Source of the DNA: a virus
DNA length: 64,000 nt
Virus record (IMG/VR): IMGVR_UViG_3300006924_000007
Coordinates: 1 to 64,000 of that record
Reading direction: 5' to 3' (one strand)
Each line of letters starts with the position of its first letter. Positions within the stretch are counted from its first letter, which is position 1. The translations under genes were made by a program, and so were the position numbers. The notes below the pieces were generated by a model. It was not told the DNA's origin, did no database searches, and worked only from the letters and a program-made list of their open reading frames with translations. Shown here in pieces: positions 37,880 to 46,989 of this stretch.

Positions 37880-38785
37880 TTATTCTGCTAGTTTAGCAAA
37901 GTAAGATAGTGTATCATCATCTTCTTCAACTGAGGCAGTCGGTTTTAGACTGTTAAGTTCATCCTGAAGATTTTCTGGAAGTGAAGAAGGTACAGGACCG
38001 CGACCTTCACTTTCATTCTCAAGTTCTTCATCTGTGGAATGACGAACTGAGTTGCCTAGAACATATCCAAGACGCTTCTTCAAGTCTTCATAAGATTTGA
38101 ATTGATCAGCACCAACGAATTCTGCAAGAGAATATTCTTTCTTCCAGATTCCTTCCATTGCGTCATCGTCGTCTAGAAGAGCATCCTGACGGGCAAACTC
38201 AGAAGAGTCATAATTACGATAACCGGCAACGTTCTTTGCCTTCAACTTGAAGTTGGCACCCTGCCAGAAGTCAAATGGATCGATTGCTTCCTCGTCCTCA
38301 AACTCAGGTTGCATTGCAGCAGTGAGTTTGTCAAAGATCTTCTTGCCGAATTTGTAGAGCATGACTCTACCTTCATTATCAGGATTAGCAGGATCTTTGA
38401 CGACATAGATGTTTGCAACATAAGTCAGTTTGCGCTTCTGCTTACGTGCGGTTTCTTTACCTGCATCTGTGCCATTATTCCACAGAGAAGTATTGTACTC
38501 TGATACAGGATCTTTCTGACCCAGAGTCGTCAGAGAGTTCTCAATATACCATCCACCAGGACCTTGGAAGGCATGGGAGTATAGTTTTACGAATGGAAGG
38601 TCTTCACCTTCAGGAGCAGGCAGGAAACGAATGACGGCATAACCATTGCCGCCTTTATCACACTCTAGTTTCCATAGGCGTTCATCACCTGAACTACCTG
38701 CATTATTCATTTTTTCGACTTCTTTGACCAGTTTGGCAGTCAAAGAACCCAGTTTGGATTGCTTTTTAAGGTCTGCGAAAGACAT
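37880..38785 (-). CDS. gp32: single-stranded DNA-binding protein gp32
   Basis: GNGYAVIRFLP, GGWYIENSLTT, NYDSSEF, acidic tail. Confidence 0.97.
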   Translation of the reverse strand: MSFADLKKQSKLGSLTAKLVKEVEKMNNAGSSGDERLWKLECDKGGNGYAVIRFLPAPEGEDLPFVKLYSHAFQGPGGWYIENSLTTLGQKDPVSEYNTSLWNNGTDAGKETARKQKRKLTYVANIYVVKDPANPDNEGRVMLYKFGKKIFDKLTAAMQPEFEDEEAIDPFDFWQGANFKLKAKNVAGYRNYDSSEFARQDALLDDDDAMEGIWKKEYSLAEFVGADQFKSYEDLKKRLGYVLGNSVRHSTDEELENESEGRGPVPSSLPENLQDELNSLKPTASVEEDDDTLSYFAKLAE

Positions 38786-38830
38786 TTAGATTACCTCGGA
38801 TTAATTTGGATTGATTGGATTTACTTGGAT

Positions 38831-38859
38831 ATTATAGCAAAAATTTTGCAGTCAGTCAA
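38831..38859 (-). promoter_or_regulatory. sigma70-type promoter for gp32
   Basis: TTGACT-17-TATAAT. Confidence 0.75.
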
Positions 38860-39178
38860 TCTTCAATCTCAGATTTTTAATTGTCTGAGTCATGGTTTCA
38901 AAAAATGTATTGACATTGGTATTGGGCGGGAATCCCATCAAGACAAGTGACTTTTGCAATTCTTCTTTCATTTTAATCGCTTGTGGATCATCAGAAAGAG
39001 ACACTCTTGTGTACATCAGTTGTTGTTTTTCCAACAATGTTGTCATTTTTTCAATGTGTTCGTTTTTTTGTTGCGTAGTTAGAGTCGGAAAAGATGATAA
39101 TTCTTCAAATATTTCACTTTGTAATTCATTAATAATTTCTAATTCTTCCTGAACAATTTCAGAGTTAAAAAAACTCAT
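38852..39178 (-). CDS. DUF1825-like protein
   Basis: FF.SEIVQEE...R.SLSDDP.A. Confidence 0.75.
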   Translation of the reverse strand: MSFFNSEIVQEELEIINELQSEIFEELSSFPTLTTQQKNEHIEKMTTLLEKQQLMYTRVSLSDDPQAIKMKEELQKSLVLMGFPPNTNVNTFFETMTQTIKNLRLKID

Positions 39179-39179
39179 G

Positions 39180-39383
39180 TTACTCTTCCCCTTCTTCTAC
39201 GTTTTCTTCTTGTTCTTCACTTTGTTCTTCTTGAACTTTACTATTTTCAATTTGCATTAAGACATCAATAGCACCCATTAATTTTAAACGGGTATTAGAT
39301 AAGATAGTCAATTCTTCATTTGTTTGAACAAGTTGTTCCTGCAAACGAGCAAGAACTTCATCATTTTTAAGAGCCATTACCAA
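39180..39383 (-). CDS. hypothetical coiled-coil protein
   Basis: L.GAIDVL motif. Confidence 0.65.
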   Translation of the reverse strand: MVMALKNDEVLARLQEQLVQTNEELTILSNTRLKLMGAIDVLMQIENSKVQEEQSEEQEENVEEGEE

Positions 39384-39975
39384 GAATCTCCTTTATTATT
39401 TTTTTATGGTTGAACACGTTAATATTTAGAAAGGGAGTATATTTTTTTATTTTTAAATTGACGGATTCCCACACCGGATCATTTAATTTCTTATCGAAAT
39501 TTTTTGAAAAATGGAAGATGATTTCGTAGATTGTTAAAGTTTCTAGAGAGATGTTCCCTCCTAGAAATTTTTTTAGGATTTTGGGATGTCCCTTGGAGCA
39601 ATCGAATAGACTCTCCAAGTCGTTCTCCGAGAGTAATTCGTTGCTTTGTTCTTTGAATAAGTAAGTCAAACTCTGCTGACGTTTCATCCAATCGGCGTAC
39701 TTTCTTTCGCCAGAATTGATAATTTCTCCAATCCATAGGTTTTGTGGGTTGTCGGTGGAAACAAAATTAGATACAAGGAAATTAACGATTTCTTTATTAG
39801 AATACTTACGGGAAGTTTTTTCAAACCAATACTTATCCTTCCTTTTATTAAATGATGCCATTGAAGCACGGGTTTTGGCACCATACTTAAAGAAATCATA
39901 TTTTGGATTTGTAAAATGATTCTTTAATGAAAGATAATGCTGGTATGTTTCAAACGGAGTCACTTTCAACATCAT
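39367..39975 (-). CDS. gp59: helicase loader gp59
   Basis: YLSLKNHF....YDFFKY...F.KRKD.Y.F. Confidence 0.9.
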   Translation of the reverse strand: MMLKVTPFETYQHYLSLKNHFTNPKYDFFKYGAKTRASMASFNKRKDKYWFEKTSRKYSNKEIVNFLVSNFVSTDNPQNLWIGEIINSGERKYADWMKRQQSLTYLFKEQSNELLSENDLESLFDCSKGHPKILKKFLGGNISLETLTIYEIIFHFSKNFDKKLNDPVWESVNLKIKKYTPFLNINVFNHKKIIKEILGNGS

Positions 39976-40147
39976 CTACTCTTTCAAATTCTTCAATCAT
40001 ATTAACAGGAACACTGTGCTTATTGGCAATTAGATACCAGTGTGTTCCTTCACCGGGACCAATATATTTGATCTCGGTTTTGGGAATATTATGTTCCCTT
40101 ATTGCTGCCTGCATCTTAAGATGTAGGAGTTCATCATGAGAAATCAT
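39950..40147 (-). CDS. hypothetical protein
   Basis: coupled 65-aa ORF. Confidence 0.65.
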   Translation of the reverse strand: MISHDELLHLKMQAAIREHNIPKTEIKYIGPGEGTHWYLIANKHSVPVNMIEEFERVDDVESDSV

Positions 40148-40404
40148 ATCGGAAGTTTTGCTCTTGAAGTTTTCTTCATGAAATTAAGACTAATAGCATC
40201 ATACTTTAATCTTTCTTTCAGTGGTTTTGAAATTAATTTTGTTACTGAGTCTACCTCAATATTATTAATTTCGCAATAGTAGCAAATGGCATCAATGTAA
40301 TTCATACCTTCCTTTGCTACTATGGTTTCTATCTCCATAGAAAACTTAGATGGTGTCAGAAATTTGCTTTCTAACGCTTTCTCTAGTTCTTTATTCGGTT
40401 CCAT
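40144..40404 (-). CDS. gp33: late promoter transcription coactivator gp33
   Basis: F..EIE.IV....NYIDAI..YCE...LKE.L..DA..LNF; start MEPNKE. Confidence 0.9.
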   Translation of the reverse strand: MEPNKELEKALESKFLTPSKFSMEIETIVAKEGMNYIDAICYYCEINNIEVDSVTKLISKPLKERLKYDAISLNFMKKTSRAKLPI

Positions 40405-41071
40405 AGAGTTCCAATTTATCTGTAACAAACTTTCTAATGTATTCGGTAAGAAGTTTGATGTACTTTGATTTGTCTCGTTCTTCGTAGACGACGCATTCTC
40501 CATTTTCACAAGCCATAATGATTACAAATTTTTTGACTGGAATACCAGTCATTTCATACAGCATACATGCATATGCCGCACATTGGACAAAATAGTTTTC
40601 GATCCAATTTCTTGGTTTCGGTTTCTTAGAAGTCTTGAAGTCAATTATTGCTAACTCACCATCATATTCTGCAATACAATCGACGGTTCCTGCAATTCCC
40701 AACTGCTTACTATATAGGGAAGTTTCTAGAGCATGAATATTGTCAATGTTTCTTAAAGTTCCTTTAGAAATCTTAAATAGAAACTCAGAAATAGGACGAA
40801 CTTTAGGGAGATCTTCGTTCTTGAGATGATACTCTACAAGTGTATGCATATCCGTGCCACGACCAGTTGCAGCCTTTGTGACTCGATTTGCCTCTTCATC
40901 ACCAACTTTCTTACGCCACTTAACAAAGATTTCTTTATTAAAATGACTAGTCACCGAAGTGATAGAAACTAGTTTTAAAAGTTCTTTTTCATCAGGAACA
41001 GAATAATATCTGACTCCATCAATGGTCTCCCTCTCAAGTTGAGGGAGATTCAAATCAACATGATTAAACAT
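40391..41071 (-). CDS. PD-(D/E)XK exonuclease
   Basis: RGT.MH, AGTVDC, IIDFKTS, Q..AY. Confidence 0.88.
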   Translation of the reverse strand: MFNHVDLNLPQLERETIDGVRYYSVPDEKELLKLVSITSVTSHFNKEIFVKWRKKVGDEEANRVTKAATGRGTDMHTLVEYHLKNEDLPKVRPISEFLFKISKGTLRNIDNIHALETSLYSKQLGIAGTVDCIAEYDGELAIIDFKTSKKPKPRNWIENYFVQCAAYACMLYEMTGIPVKKFVIIMACENGECVVYEERDKSKYIKLLTEYIRKFVTDKLELYGTE

Positions 41072-41826
41072 TACAAACCTGCTTCTATTTTTGCGACGAT
41101 GTATTCTCGAACTAAACCTGAACGAACAATGTCTTCTATTTGAAACTCAATAACATCAAAAGAAGGCATCTTTCTCAAAATACTCATAAAATCCATAATA
41201 CCATTACGATCATTGGTTTTTGTCAAATCTGATTGTCTGGCATCACCACAGAAACAAATTTTACTGTTTTCACCAATACGAGTAATTATACTATCAAGTT
41301 CATGAAAATTCAAGTTTTGGAATTCATCGACGATAATGATTGCATTATCGAGAGTTGTTCCTCTTAAGAAAGAAGTGCTCCAAAATTTGATGGTCTCTTG
41401 TGCTTTGAGATTGCCATACAGCATTTCAAAATCCACATCAGATGTCATCTGGAACATATACTTCACCATAGATTTGTATGGAATCTGATAAAGAGAAGAC
41501 TTGTCCTCATGATCTCCCGGCAGAAATCCAATCTCGCGAGTGGCAATCAGAGATCTGACGATATACACATTTTCATATGGAGTATTCTCGTCCAGAACAT
41601 CTTTCAATGCATTGAAAAGAGTAATAAAAGTCTTACCTGTACCGGCACATCCATATGCGACTAAATGTTTGTCATCATTATATGAATCAAACAACCTTTG
41701 TTGATTATCAGTAAGAGGTTTAATATCAACCAAATAATTGGCACTCAAAGGTTTCTTCTTTTTCATTCTCATTGAAGTCATACCTACTCCAATAGATTCT
41801 TCTGAAGTCTTTTTTCTTCTAGGCAT
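41071..41826 (-). CDS. phoH: PhoH-like ATPase
   Basis: GCAGTGKT, GFLPG, RGTT, DEFQN, GDARQSD. Confidence 0.95.
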   Translation of the reverse strand: MPRRKKTSEESIGVGMTSMRMKKKKPLSANYLVDIKPLTDNQQRLFDSYNDDKHLVAYGCAGTGKTFITLFNALKDVLDENTPYENVYIVRSLIATREIGFLPGDHEDKSSLYQIPYKSMVKYMFQMTSDVDFEMLYGNLKAQETIKFWSTSFLRGTTLDNAIIIVDEFQNLNFHELDSIITRIGENSKICFCGDARQSDLTKTNDRNGIMDFMSILRKMPSFDVIEFQIEDIVRSGLVREYIVAKIEAGL

Positions 41827-41827
41827 A

Positions 41828-42076
41828 CTAAATCTTCTTTACTCTTGATCCGGGTGCTTTGGATGCTTTTGCAAGGACATCATTCCATCCGGGGTTTTTA
41901 GCAACTAATTTATCTTTCCATTCACCAACTTCTCCTGCACCAGGACATGTTGATGGGTCAGACCAATCTCTTTTCCAATCAGGATTATCATCACACCATT
42001 GAGGCCAATCATGGACACTGAGAATTACTTCTTTCTGTTCACCTGATTCTTTGTTAACTACAGGATATGTTGCCAT
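41828..42076 (-). CDS. conserved cyanophage protein (FmdB-like)
   Basis: MATYPV.N..GEQKE, GW.DVL..A.K.PGS. Confidence 0.7.
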   Translation of the reverse strand: MATYPVVNKESGEQKEVILSVHDWPQWCDDNPDWKRDWSDPSTCPGAGEVGEWKDKLVAKNPGWNDVLAKASKAPGSRVKKI

Positions 42077-42101
42077 TGTTAAAAATTCAATATAAAAATA
42101 T

Positions 42102-42737
42102 TTAGACCCATTCAAGGGATTCAGAAACAGCAGGAAACTGTTCAATAAAGATTTCTCTACATGCTTCTGCGATGTCCATATGCTCCTTCTGAGTGCCGTG
42201 TGCGGACCTCAGAGTGATATAATGGATCCACGACCTACATGAGCCGGTCATGTAGATTCTGGTAGGCGTACATAATGGAAGCACCATACGAGCACATTCT
42301 TTTGCAACTCCAGATGCAAGCATTTGTTGATAGAGTGCCATAGATGAATCAAACAGAGTTTGCATCTGAAGTTCTAGTTTCTGGACTATAAAAGGATCTA
42401 AGTCATCAATAGAGTTTTGACGATTCTTATCATCTTGACGACGTAGTTCTGGCAAAGCAATTTTCTTTGATAGCATTGAAGAATCAGCATATCGTTGTGA
42501 AAATTCTTGATATGTGAAACTACGATGCCTTAAAATCTGAGCTGCAATGGCACGAGTAGTCTCAATTTCCAGAGTCATTGTTGATTGCTCAAACACGGAC
42601 CAATGATTGTGTTTGATACAGTATTTTAGGAGACCAGAATACTTTTCATTATTCTGATTTGATGGATTAGAGACCCTAGCAATATATGCCATGGTCTGTT
42701 CTGCATCAGGGGTGACACTTATAAGTTTAACAGTCAT
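42102..42737 (-). CDS. thyX: flavin-dependent thymidylate synthase
   Basis: RHRSFTYQEFSQRY. Confidence 0.97.
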   Translation of the reverse strand: MTVKLISVTPDAEQTMAYIARVSNPSNQNNEKYSGLLKYCIKHNHWSVFEQSTMTLEIETTRAIAAQILRHRSFTYQEFSQRYADSSMLSKKIALPELRRQDDKNRQNSIDDLDPFIVQKLELQMQTLFDSSMALYQQMLASGVAKECARMVLPLCTPTRIYMTGSCRSWIHYITLRSAHGTQKEHMDIAEACREIFIEQFPAVSESLEWV

Positions 42738-42895
42738 TTTTCACCAAATCCTTTAGGTTTTGTTCTTGGAGTTCTTTTTACTGATAGTTCCAGTTGATTA
42801 AGTTGTTCTTGCATGTATTTAAGCTCATCACTACTATACAAATAATTTTGAGAAATTGCACTCTTAAGATTTTTAATCAATTGTTTAGTTCTCAT
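42734..42895 (-). CDS. small hypothetical protein (MRTKQLIKNL...KGFGEK)
   Basis: 53-aa ORF with ATGA overlaps both ends. Confidence 0.6.
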   Translation of the reverse strand: MRTKQLIKNLKSAISQNYLYSSDELKYMQEQLNQLELSVKRTPRTKPKGFGEK

Positions 42896-43068
42896 CTATC
42901 ATCGTCCTCAAAAATTTCATCATAGTCTGTAATATAATTAGAAACTGGGTCATCAAAGTTTTCCTGTTTGGAAACATATGATTCCCTGTCAGAATATACT
43001 TCGGATTTTAGAGCATCGATTAACAATTCTAAATTCCGGACAATTAGTTTTAATTTATCCTTTTCCAT
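42892..43068 (-). CDS. hypothetical protein
   Basis: KLKLIVRNL.LL.D.L.SEVYSD. Confidence 0.7.
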   Translation of the reverse strand: MEKDKLKLIVRNLELLIDALKSEVYSDRESYVSKQENFDDPVSNYITDYDEIFEDDDR

Positions 43069-43148
43069 AAAATTGTATATGGTTATAGGTATTTTACATA
43101 AAAAAGGGGGGTTAGTCAACCCCCCCTAACAATTTTAACGTAAGTGAC

Positions 43149-43316
43149 TCACTTGTTGTAGATACGACCACGATAACAGAATGTACCGTGCGTTTCTTTT
43201 GATTCTACACAACGAGTATCATACTCGACACCACGATATGAGGTGTGAGTGATTTGTGCGTCGTGCAGTGCAGATACTTTGTTGATCTGCTTGCGAATCA
43301 TGTTTAGTGTGTTCAT
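43149..43316 (-). CDS. DUF4278-like small protein
   Basis: 55 aa with YRGV.Y and YRG..Y; AGGAG RBS; directly behind glnA-type aptamers. Confidence 0.8.
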   Translation of the reverse strand: MNTLNMIRKQINKVSALHDAQITHTSYRGVEYDTRCVESKETHGTFCYRGRIYNK

Positions 43317-43350
43317 GTTGTTACTCCTAAAGTAGTTGGATTTTTAGGTC

Positions 43351-43535
43351 CGTTCCTTTAGTCGTTTGCGTCCCAATACCACTCACATTCTGGTGCTGAG
43401 TCCTTGAGGGTCTCAACTAACTCAACCTTAAGATGATTACTAAGGTTAACATTGTTCTCAATCTTCAGCATGATAGCATCAGTTTGAGTGCATGAGAGTG
43501 TTGTATAGAATAATAGTTCTAGCATGGGATGAACG
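43351..43535 (-). ncRNA. second glnA-type aptamer, split by a ~150-nt coding insert
   Basis: 5' CGTTCATCCC at 43535-43526; 3' GGGACGCAAACGACTAAAGGAACG at 43374-43351. Confidence 0.6.
43358..43525 (-). CDS. 55-aa hypothetical protein nested in riboswitch aptamer
   Basis: MLELLFYTTLSC...ECEWYWDAND; GGAG at the aptamer junction upstream. Confidence 0.65.
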   Translation of the reverse strand: MLELLFYTTLSCTQTDAIMLKIENNVNLSNHLKVELVETLKDSAPECEWYWDAND

Positions 43536-43539
43536 GCTC

Positions 43540-43583
43540 CGTTCCGCGACTTACTTGCGTCCCACCCTAGAGTGGGATGAACG
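43540..43583 (-). ncRNA. glutamine riboswitch (glnA RNA motif) aptamer
   Basis: CGTTCATCCCAC-loop-GTGGGACGCAAGTAAGTCGCGGAACG; behind TTGACT-17-TATAAT (43621-43593). Confidence 0.8.
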
Positions 43584-43645
43584 TTAGGTCTTATTATAGA
43601 CCTCATACCTTATTTAGTCAAGTGTCTTGGTATTAAGACAAATAG

Positions 43646-43984
43646 TTATTTTTTCTTCTTTGGTTTGGGTGGTTCATATCCCCAACTCTTTGGATTGACT
43701 CCACCGTATCCAAAATCAATCTTCTGAATGGCACCTTTGCCATACTTATCATAGTACATATCAAAAAGTCTGGAGTCCTTTCCACAACGAGTAAGATCTA
43801 TACACGTTACTCCATCAACAACATACCAAATTAATTTAGCATCGGTAGGAAAACTCTTGTCTTTTGCTTTTTCAATAGTAGTTTTTTCTAAAAGAATCTG
43901 ACATCCATAATCAGATTCTTTAATTGAAATCATTTCCTTTCCTGCCTCTGGCGTTGTTTGTTTTTCTTCTACTGCAGATGTCAT
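43646..43984 (-). CDS. conserved cyanophage hypothetical protein
   Basis: FDMYYDKYG...GYGGVNPK.WG. Confidence 0.75.
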   Translation of the reverse strand: MTSAVEEKQTTPEAGKEMISIKESDYGCQILLEKTTIEKAKDKSFPTDAKLIWYVVDGVTCIDLTRCGKDSRLFDMYYDKYGKGAIQKIDFGYGGVNPKSWGYEPPKPKKKK

Positions 43985-44592
43985 GTGCGATCTCCCCAAA
44001 TAATATCAGAATATGCTGCAGAAACAACATCTCTTGAAATTTTATACTTAGTTTCTAATTGTTTATCTTTAACAAGAGTTAGAATTTCTGCTTCAAGTGG
44101 ATGTAGTCCTTGTAGAATATTGATAAACATTGTTTCACGACGAATTGCATTAATTCCGCTATTTCCACCCTTAACAAAGTGATAGAAGTGTTTTGATTCT
44201 CTACGAATAGTTGTATGTCCTTGCTGATCACTAATACCTAAGGAGAAATTTCCAGATTCATACATTGTACGAATGTCATGATCAATTTTAGTTGACAAAG
44301 TTCCCGAATAAGTATTTTGCTGATCGTATCCAACATAAGGAACAGGTCCATCAGGAAGAACAGAGACGATAGATTCATCAAAGTTCCAGACAAAGAGTCT
44401 TCTCAGTGAAGGATCATTATACTTTTTCAATACTTCAATCTTCTTTGCCTTTGTTCTTGAACGAGATACCAAGTCAAAAACTTCAAATGTTAGTGGATTT
44501 CTTGGAAGATTATCCACTACAAATGAAGTTGTCTTCTTTTTAGTGGTTGTCTTTGCCTTAGTCGTTGTTGTCATCTTCTTCGCTGTCGTCAT
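43981..44592 (-). CDS. conserved T4-like hypothetical protein
   Basis: WNFDES..S.LP.G.VPY, RRETMFI..L.GLHP.EAE. Confidence 0.8.
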   Translation of the reverse strand: MTTAKKMTTTTKAKTTTKKKTTSFVVDNLPRNPLTFEVFDLVSRSRTKAKKIEVLKKYNDPSLRRLFVWNFDESIVSVLPDGPVPYVGYDQQNTYSGTLSTKIDHDIRTMYESGNFSLGISDQQGHTTIRRESKHFYHFVKGGNSGINAIRRETMFINILQGLHPLEAEILTLVKDKQLETKYKISRDVVSAAYSDIIWGDRT

Positions 44593-44785
44593 GATAGTTT
44601 TCAAAATTAAATGCTATGACCTCATCTGGAATCAGGTTGCCCTGTTCATCAAACATTTCGGGGTGAGGTCTGGGTACTTCCCGATAGTTCATCATATATT
44701 CTCTAGCAGTCCAACCAACCACAAGTCCTAGTATTAGAAACAAAACGGTCAGAAATGAACCAAAGACTAAACTTACTGCTAACAT
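44558..44785 (-). CDS. membrane protein, DUF2973-like
   Basis: TM helix followed by HPEMFDEQGN. Confidence 0.65.
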   Translation of the reverse strand: MLAVSLVFGSFLTVLFLILGLVVGWTAREYMMNYREVPRPHPEMFDEQGNLIPDEVIAFNFENYHDDSEEDDNND

Positions 44786-44891
44786 GTATCTTACCTCAGA
44801 ACTAATTTGTTTGTTTAGACTTTTTCTTCTCCTGTTTAGTATAAACTCAATACCACGATTAACTTGATGAGTGTCTTTATTTAGTGGAGAA

Positions 44892-45128
44892 TCAGATGAC
44901 TTTGTTTTCCCGGAGGAATTTAATGGTGTCAACACAACCTCCTAATTTTTTATCATCACATAAGACCTGTGGAAAAGTAGAATCTTCTTCAAACTTATCA
45001 AAAAATGATTCCCGATCAAAATCTTCTCCTAAAGTATAGACCACAAACTCACTTTTTGTCAATTCTAAAACTTTTTTAATTTTCTCGCAGTATGGACAGT
45101 TGTTTTTAGAATATATCGTGAAATTCAT
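44892..45128 (-). CDS. nrdC: glutaredoxin
   Basis: CPYC, TFPQV, LGGC. Confidence 0.92.
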   Translation of the reverse strand: MNFTIYSKNNCPYCEKIKKVLELTKSEFVVYTLGEDFDRESFFDKFEEDSTFPQVLCDDKKLGGCVDTIKFLRENKVI

Positions 45129-45163
45129 ACTTATATAAGGGATTACAAATTAATTTATAAGAT

Positions 45164-45265
45164 AAAAAAAGGGAAGAAATTCTTTCCCCCCTTAGTATAT
45201 CACCAATTTACCTTTCCCACCACAGAAAGGGTCTTCAGTCCCAAAGTTACAAGGATGCTGAACAC
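45164..45265 (-). ncRNA. candidate ~100-nt small RNA
   Basis: perfect TTGACA(45300-45295)-17-TATAAT(45277-45272), two hairpins, intrinsic terminator 45164-45191, no ORF. Confidence 0.6.
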
Positions 45266-45358
45266 TTTGATATTATAAAGTAATTTTGATTTCGTGTCAA
45301 GCACGATTGACGTGCATGGTTAAATATGATAGAGTTGAACACATCTAGAAGATTAAAA

Positions 45359-46060
45359 ATGTCAATAAGTTTTGATGATCTGACGGGCAAAAAACCTCAG
45401 CAGCAACCACAACAACAACAATCACAAGACGAATTGCTTTCGTTATTTCCAACACCAGTTCTCATCGCACAATATCCTGTTCCCTACGAGAAAGAGTTAG
45501 AATATATTCGTAACTTGCCCTGTCGTAGAGAAAACAAGGGTGGAGATGCAGGTAATAAGATACACTATAACCGACAGTCAGAAGATACTTTTGTATTAGA
45601 TAAACCTGAACTCTCTAACATCAGGGAGTTCATTAAGTCTAAGATTTTTAAGTTTGCTCGTGAAGTCATGAGTTCTAAAGATGAGGTGGTGATTACTCAA
45701 TCATGGATTAATAAGTCTGGTAAGGGTGAATCGCACCACGAACATGTTCATCCTAATAGTATGATTAGTGGTGTCTGGTATCCTGTCATCAATGAACAAC
45801 TACCACCAATTCAGTTTCGTAGTAGATCACAAAGAGATATTAGTCTGTCTAACGATAAGTATAACAACTTTAATAGCGCAACATTCTTACTACCCATGAA
45901 GATGGGAGAGTTGATTATCTTCCCAAGTAATCTCACTCATAGTGTTCCTGCTAATCAATCAGAGACTGAACGTATTAGTTTGTCCTTTAATACTTGGGTC
46001 AAGGGTAGTCTTGGTGACATCAATTCACTGACCTATCTTCCACTTGATCGCTGCGTATGA
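45359..46060 (+). CDS. putative 2OG-Fe(II) oxygenase (TIGR02466-like)
   Basis: LFPTP, SWIN, HxH (EHVHPNS), FPSNL.H.V, RISLSFN. Confidence 0.88.
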   Translation: MSISFDDLTGKKPQQQPQQQQSQDELLSLFPTPVLIAQYPVPYEKELEYIRNLPCRRENKGGDAGNKIHYNRQSEDTFVLDKPELSNIREFIKSKIFKFAREVMSSKDEVVITQSWINKSGKGESHHEHVHPNSMISGVWYPVINEQLPPIQFRSRSQRDISLSNDKYNNFNSATFLLPMKMGELIIFPSNLTHSVPANQSETERISLSFNTWVKGSLGDINSLTYLPLDRCV

Positions 46061-46989
46061 GTTCCGCACTAGCACGTCCACTCCCAGAGTTTCATGGGTT
46101 TGGATATAGAATCGCACAGATAGAAAATAATACTCATTGCAACTATAAGTGTTGGTTCTGTCCTAATGCTTATGATAAACCTGCACCAAAAGAGTGTATG
46201 ACCATAGAGCAGTTTCGTAAGATCCTTACAGAAATTCGTTCTGTCTATACACCATGGGAACTGAATGATGTCTCATTTGCCACATATAATGAACCCAATC
46301 TTGATGATGGGTTTAAGGATAAGTTGCAATTGATGACTGATATGGGATTTAATTATGAACATATCTCTAATGGTAGTATGGTTACAACTGAATTGACTGA
46401 TTGGTTGATTGAGAATCCACAACGAATTAAACAGTTTCGTCTCAATATTCCAACACTGGATGAGAAGAAGTGGAAGGATATTACAGGTGCATCTACTGCT
46501 GTAATGTATCGGATGTATTATCAGTTGATGTATCTGTTTGAGAACTCACAGAGACTTAACTTTCCCATCACAGTGATTGTGAATGGTGATGGTAGTGCAA
46601 GTCATAAAGAAGAGTTCATGAAGGTATATCAGAAGTTCCAAAGATGTCCTCCTGGTATTAACTTTAGTATGACCGGATTGATTGATAGGGCTGGAACACT
46701 TGAGGGTGCAGAGTGTGAAACACAAAAACTACCCACAGGTGCAATTGACTGGGGTGATCAACCAACACGATGTAATGCAGGATACTTTGATAATCTATAT
46801 TTTGGTATCAAAGGTAATGTATTCTATTGCTGCCATGATTACCACCAAGAGTATAGTTGTGGTAATATAAATGATACACCGCTGAAAGAACTTCTAAGTT
46901 CTGAGGCATATGAAACTCAAAAACTGAGGTTTCAACAAGATTTCTGTCGTAAATGTGAACAAGCAAGACCACTGGAGGTAGTAAAATGA
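46057..46989 (+). CDS. radical SAM protein with SPASM/twitch domain
   Basis: CNYKCWFC; C-terminal C...G.V.YCCHD...GNI....L..L...C..C. Confidence 0.9.
   Translation: MSSALARPLPEFHGFGYRIAQIENNTHCNYKCWFCPNAYDKPAPKECMTIEQFRKILTEIRSVYTPWELNDVSFATYNEPNLDDGFKDKLQLMTDMGFNYEHISNGSMVTTELTDWLIENPQRIKQFRLNIPTLDEKKWKDITGASTAVMYRMYYQLMYLFENSQRLNFPITVIVNGDGSASHKEEFMKVYQKFQRCPPGINFSMTGLIDRAGTLEGAECETQKLPTGAIDWGDQPTRCNAGYFDNLYFGIKGNVFYCCHDYHQEYSCGNINDTPLKELLSSEAYETQKLRFQQDFCRKCEQARPLEVVK

Noticed and set aside
40391-41071. Cas4-like nuclease suggesting CRISPR
   Set aside because: Core cyanomyovirus exonuclease between phoH and gp33; no cas genes or repeat-spacer array.
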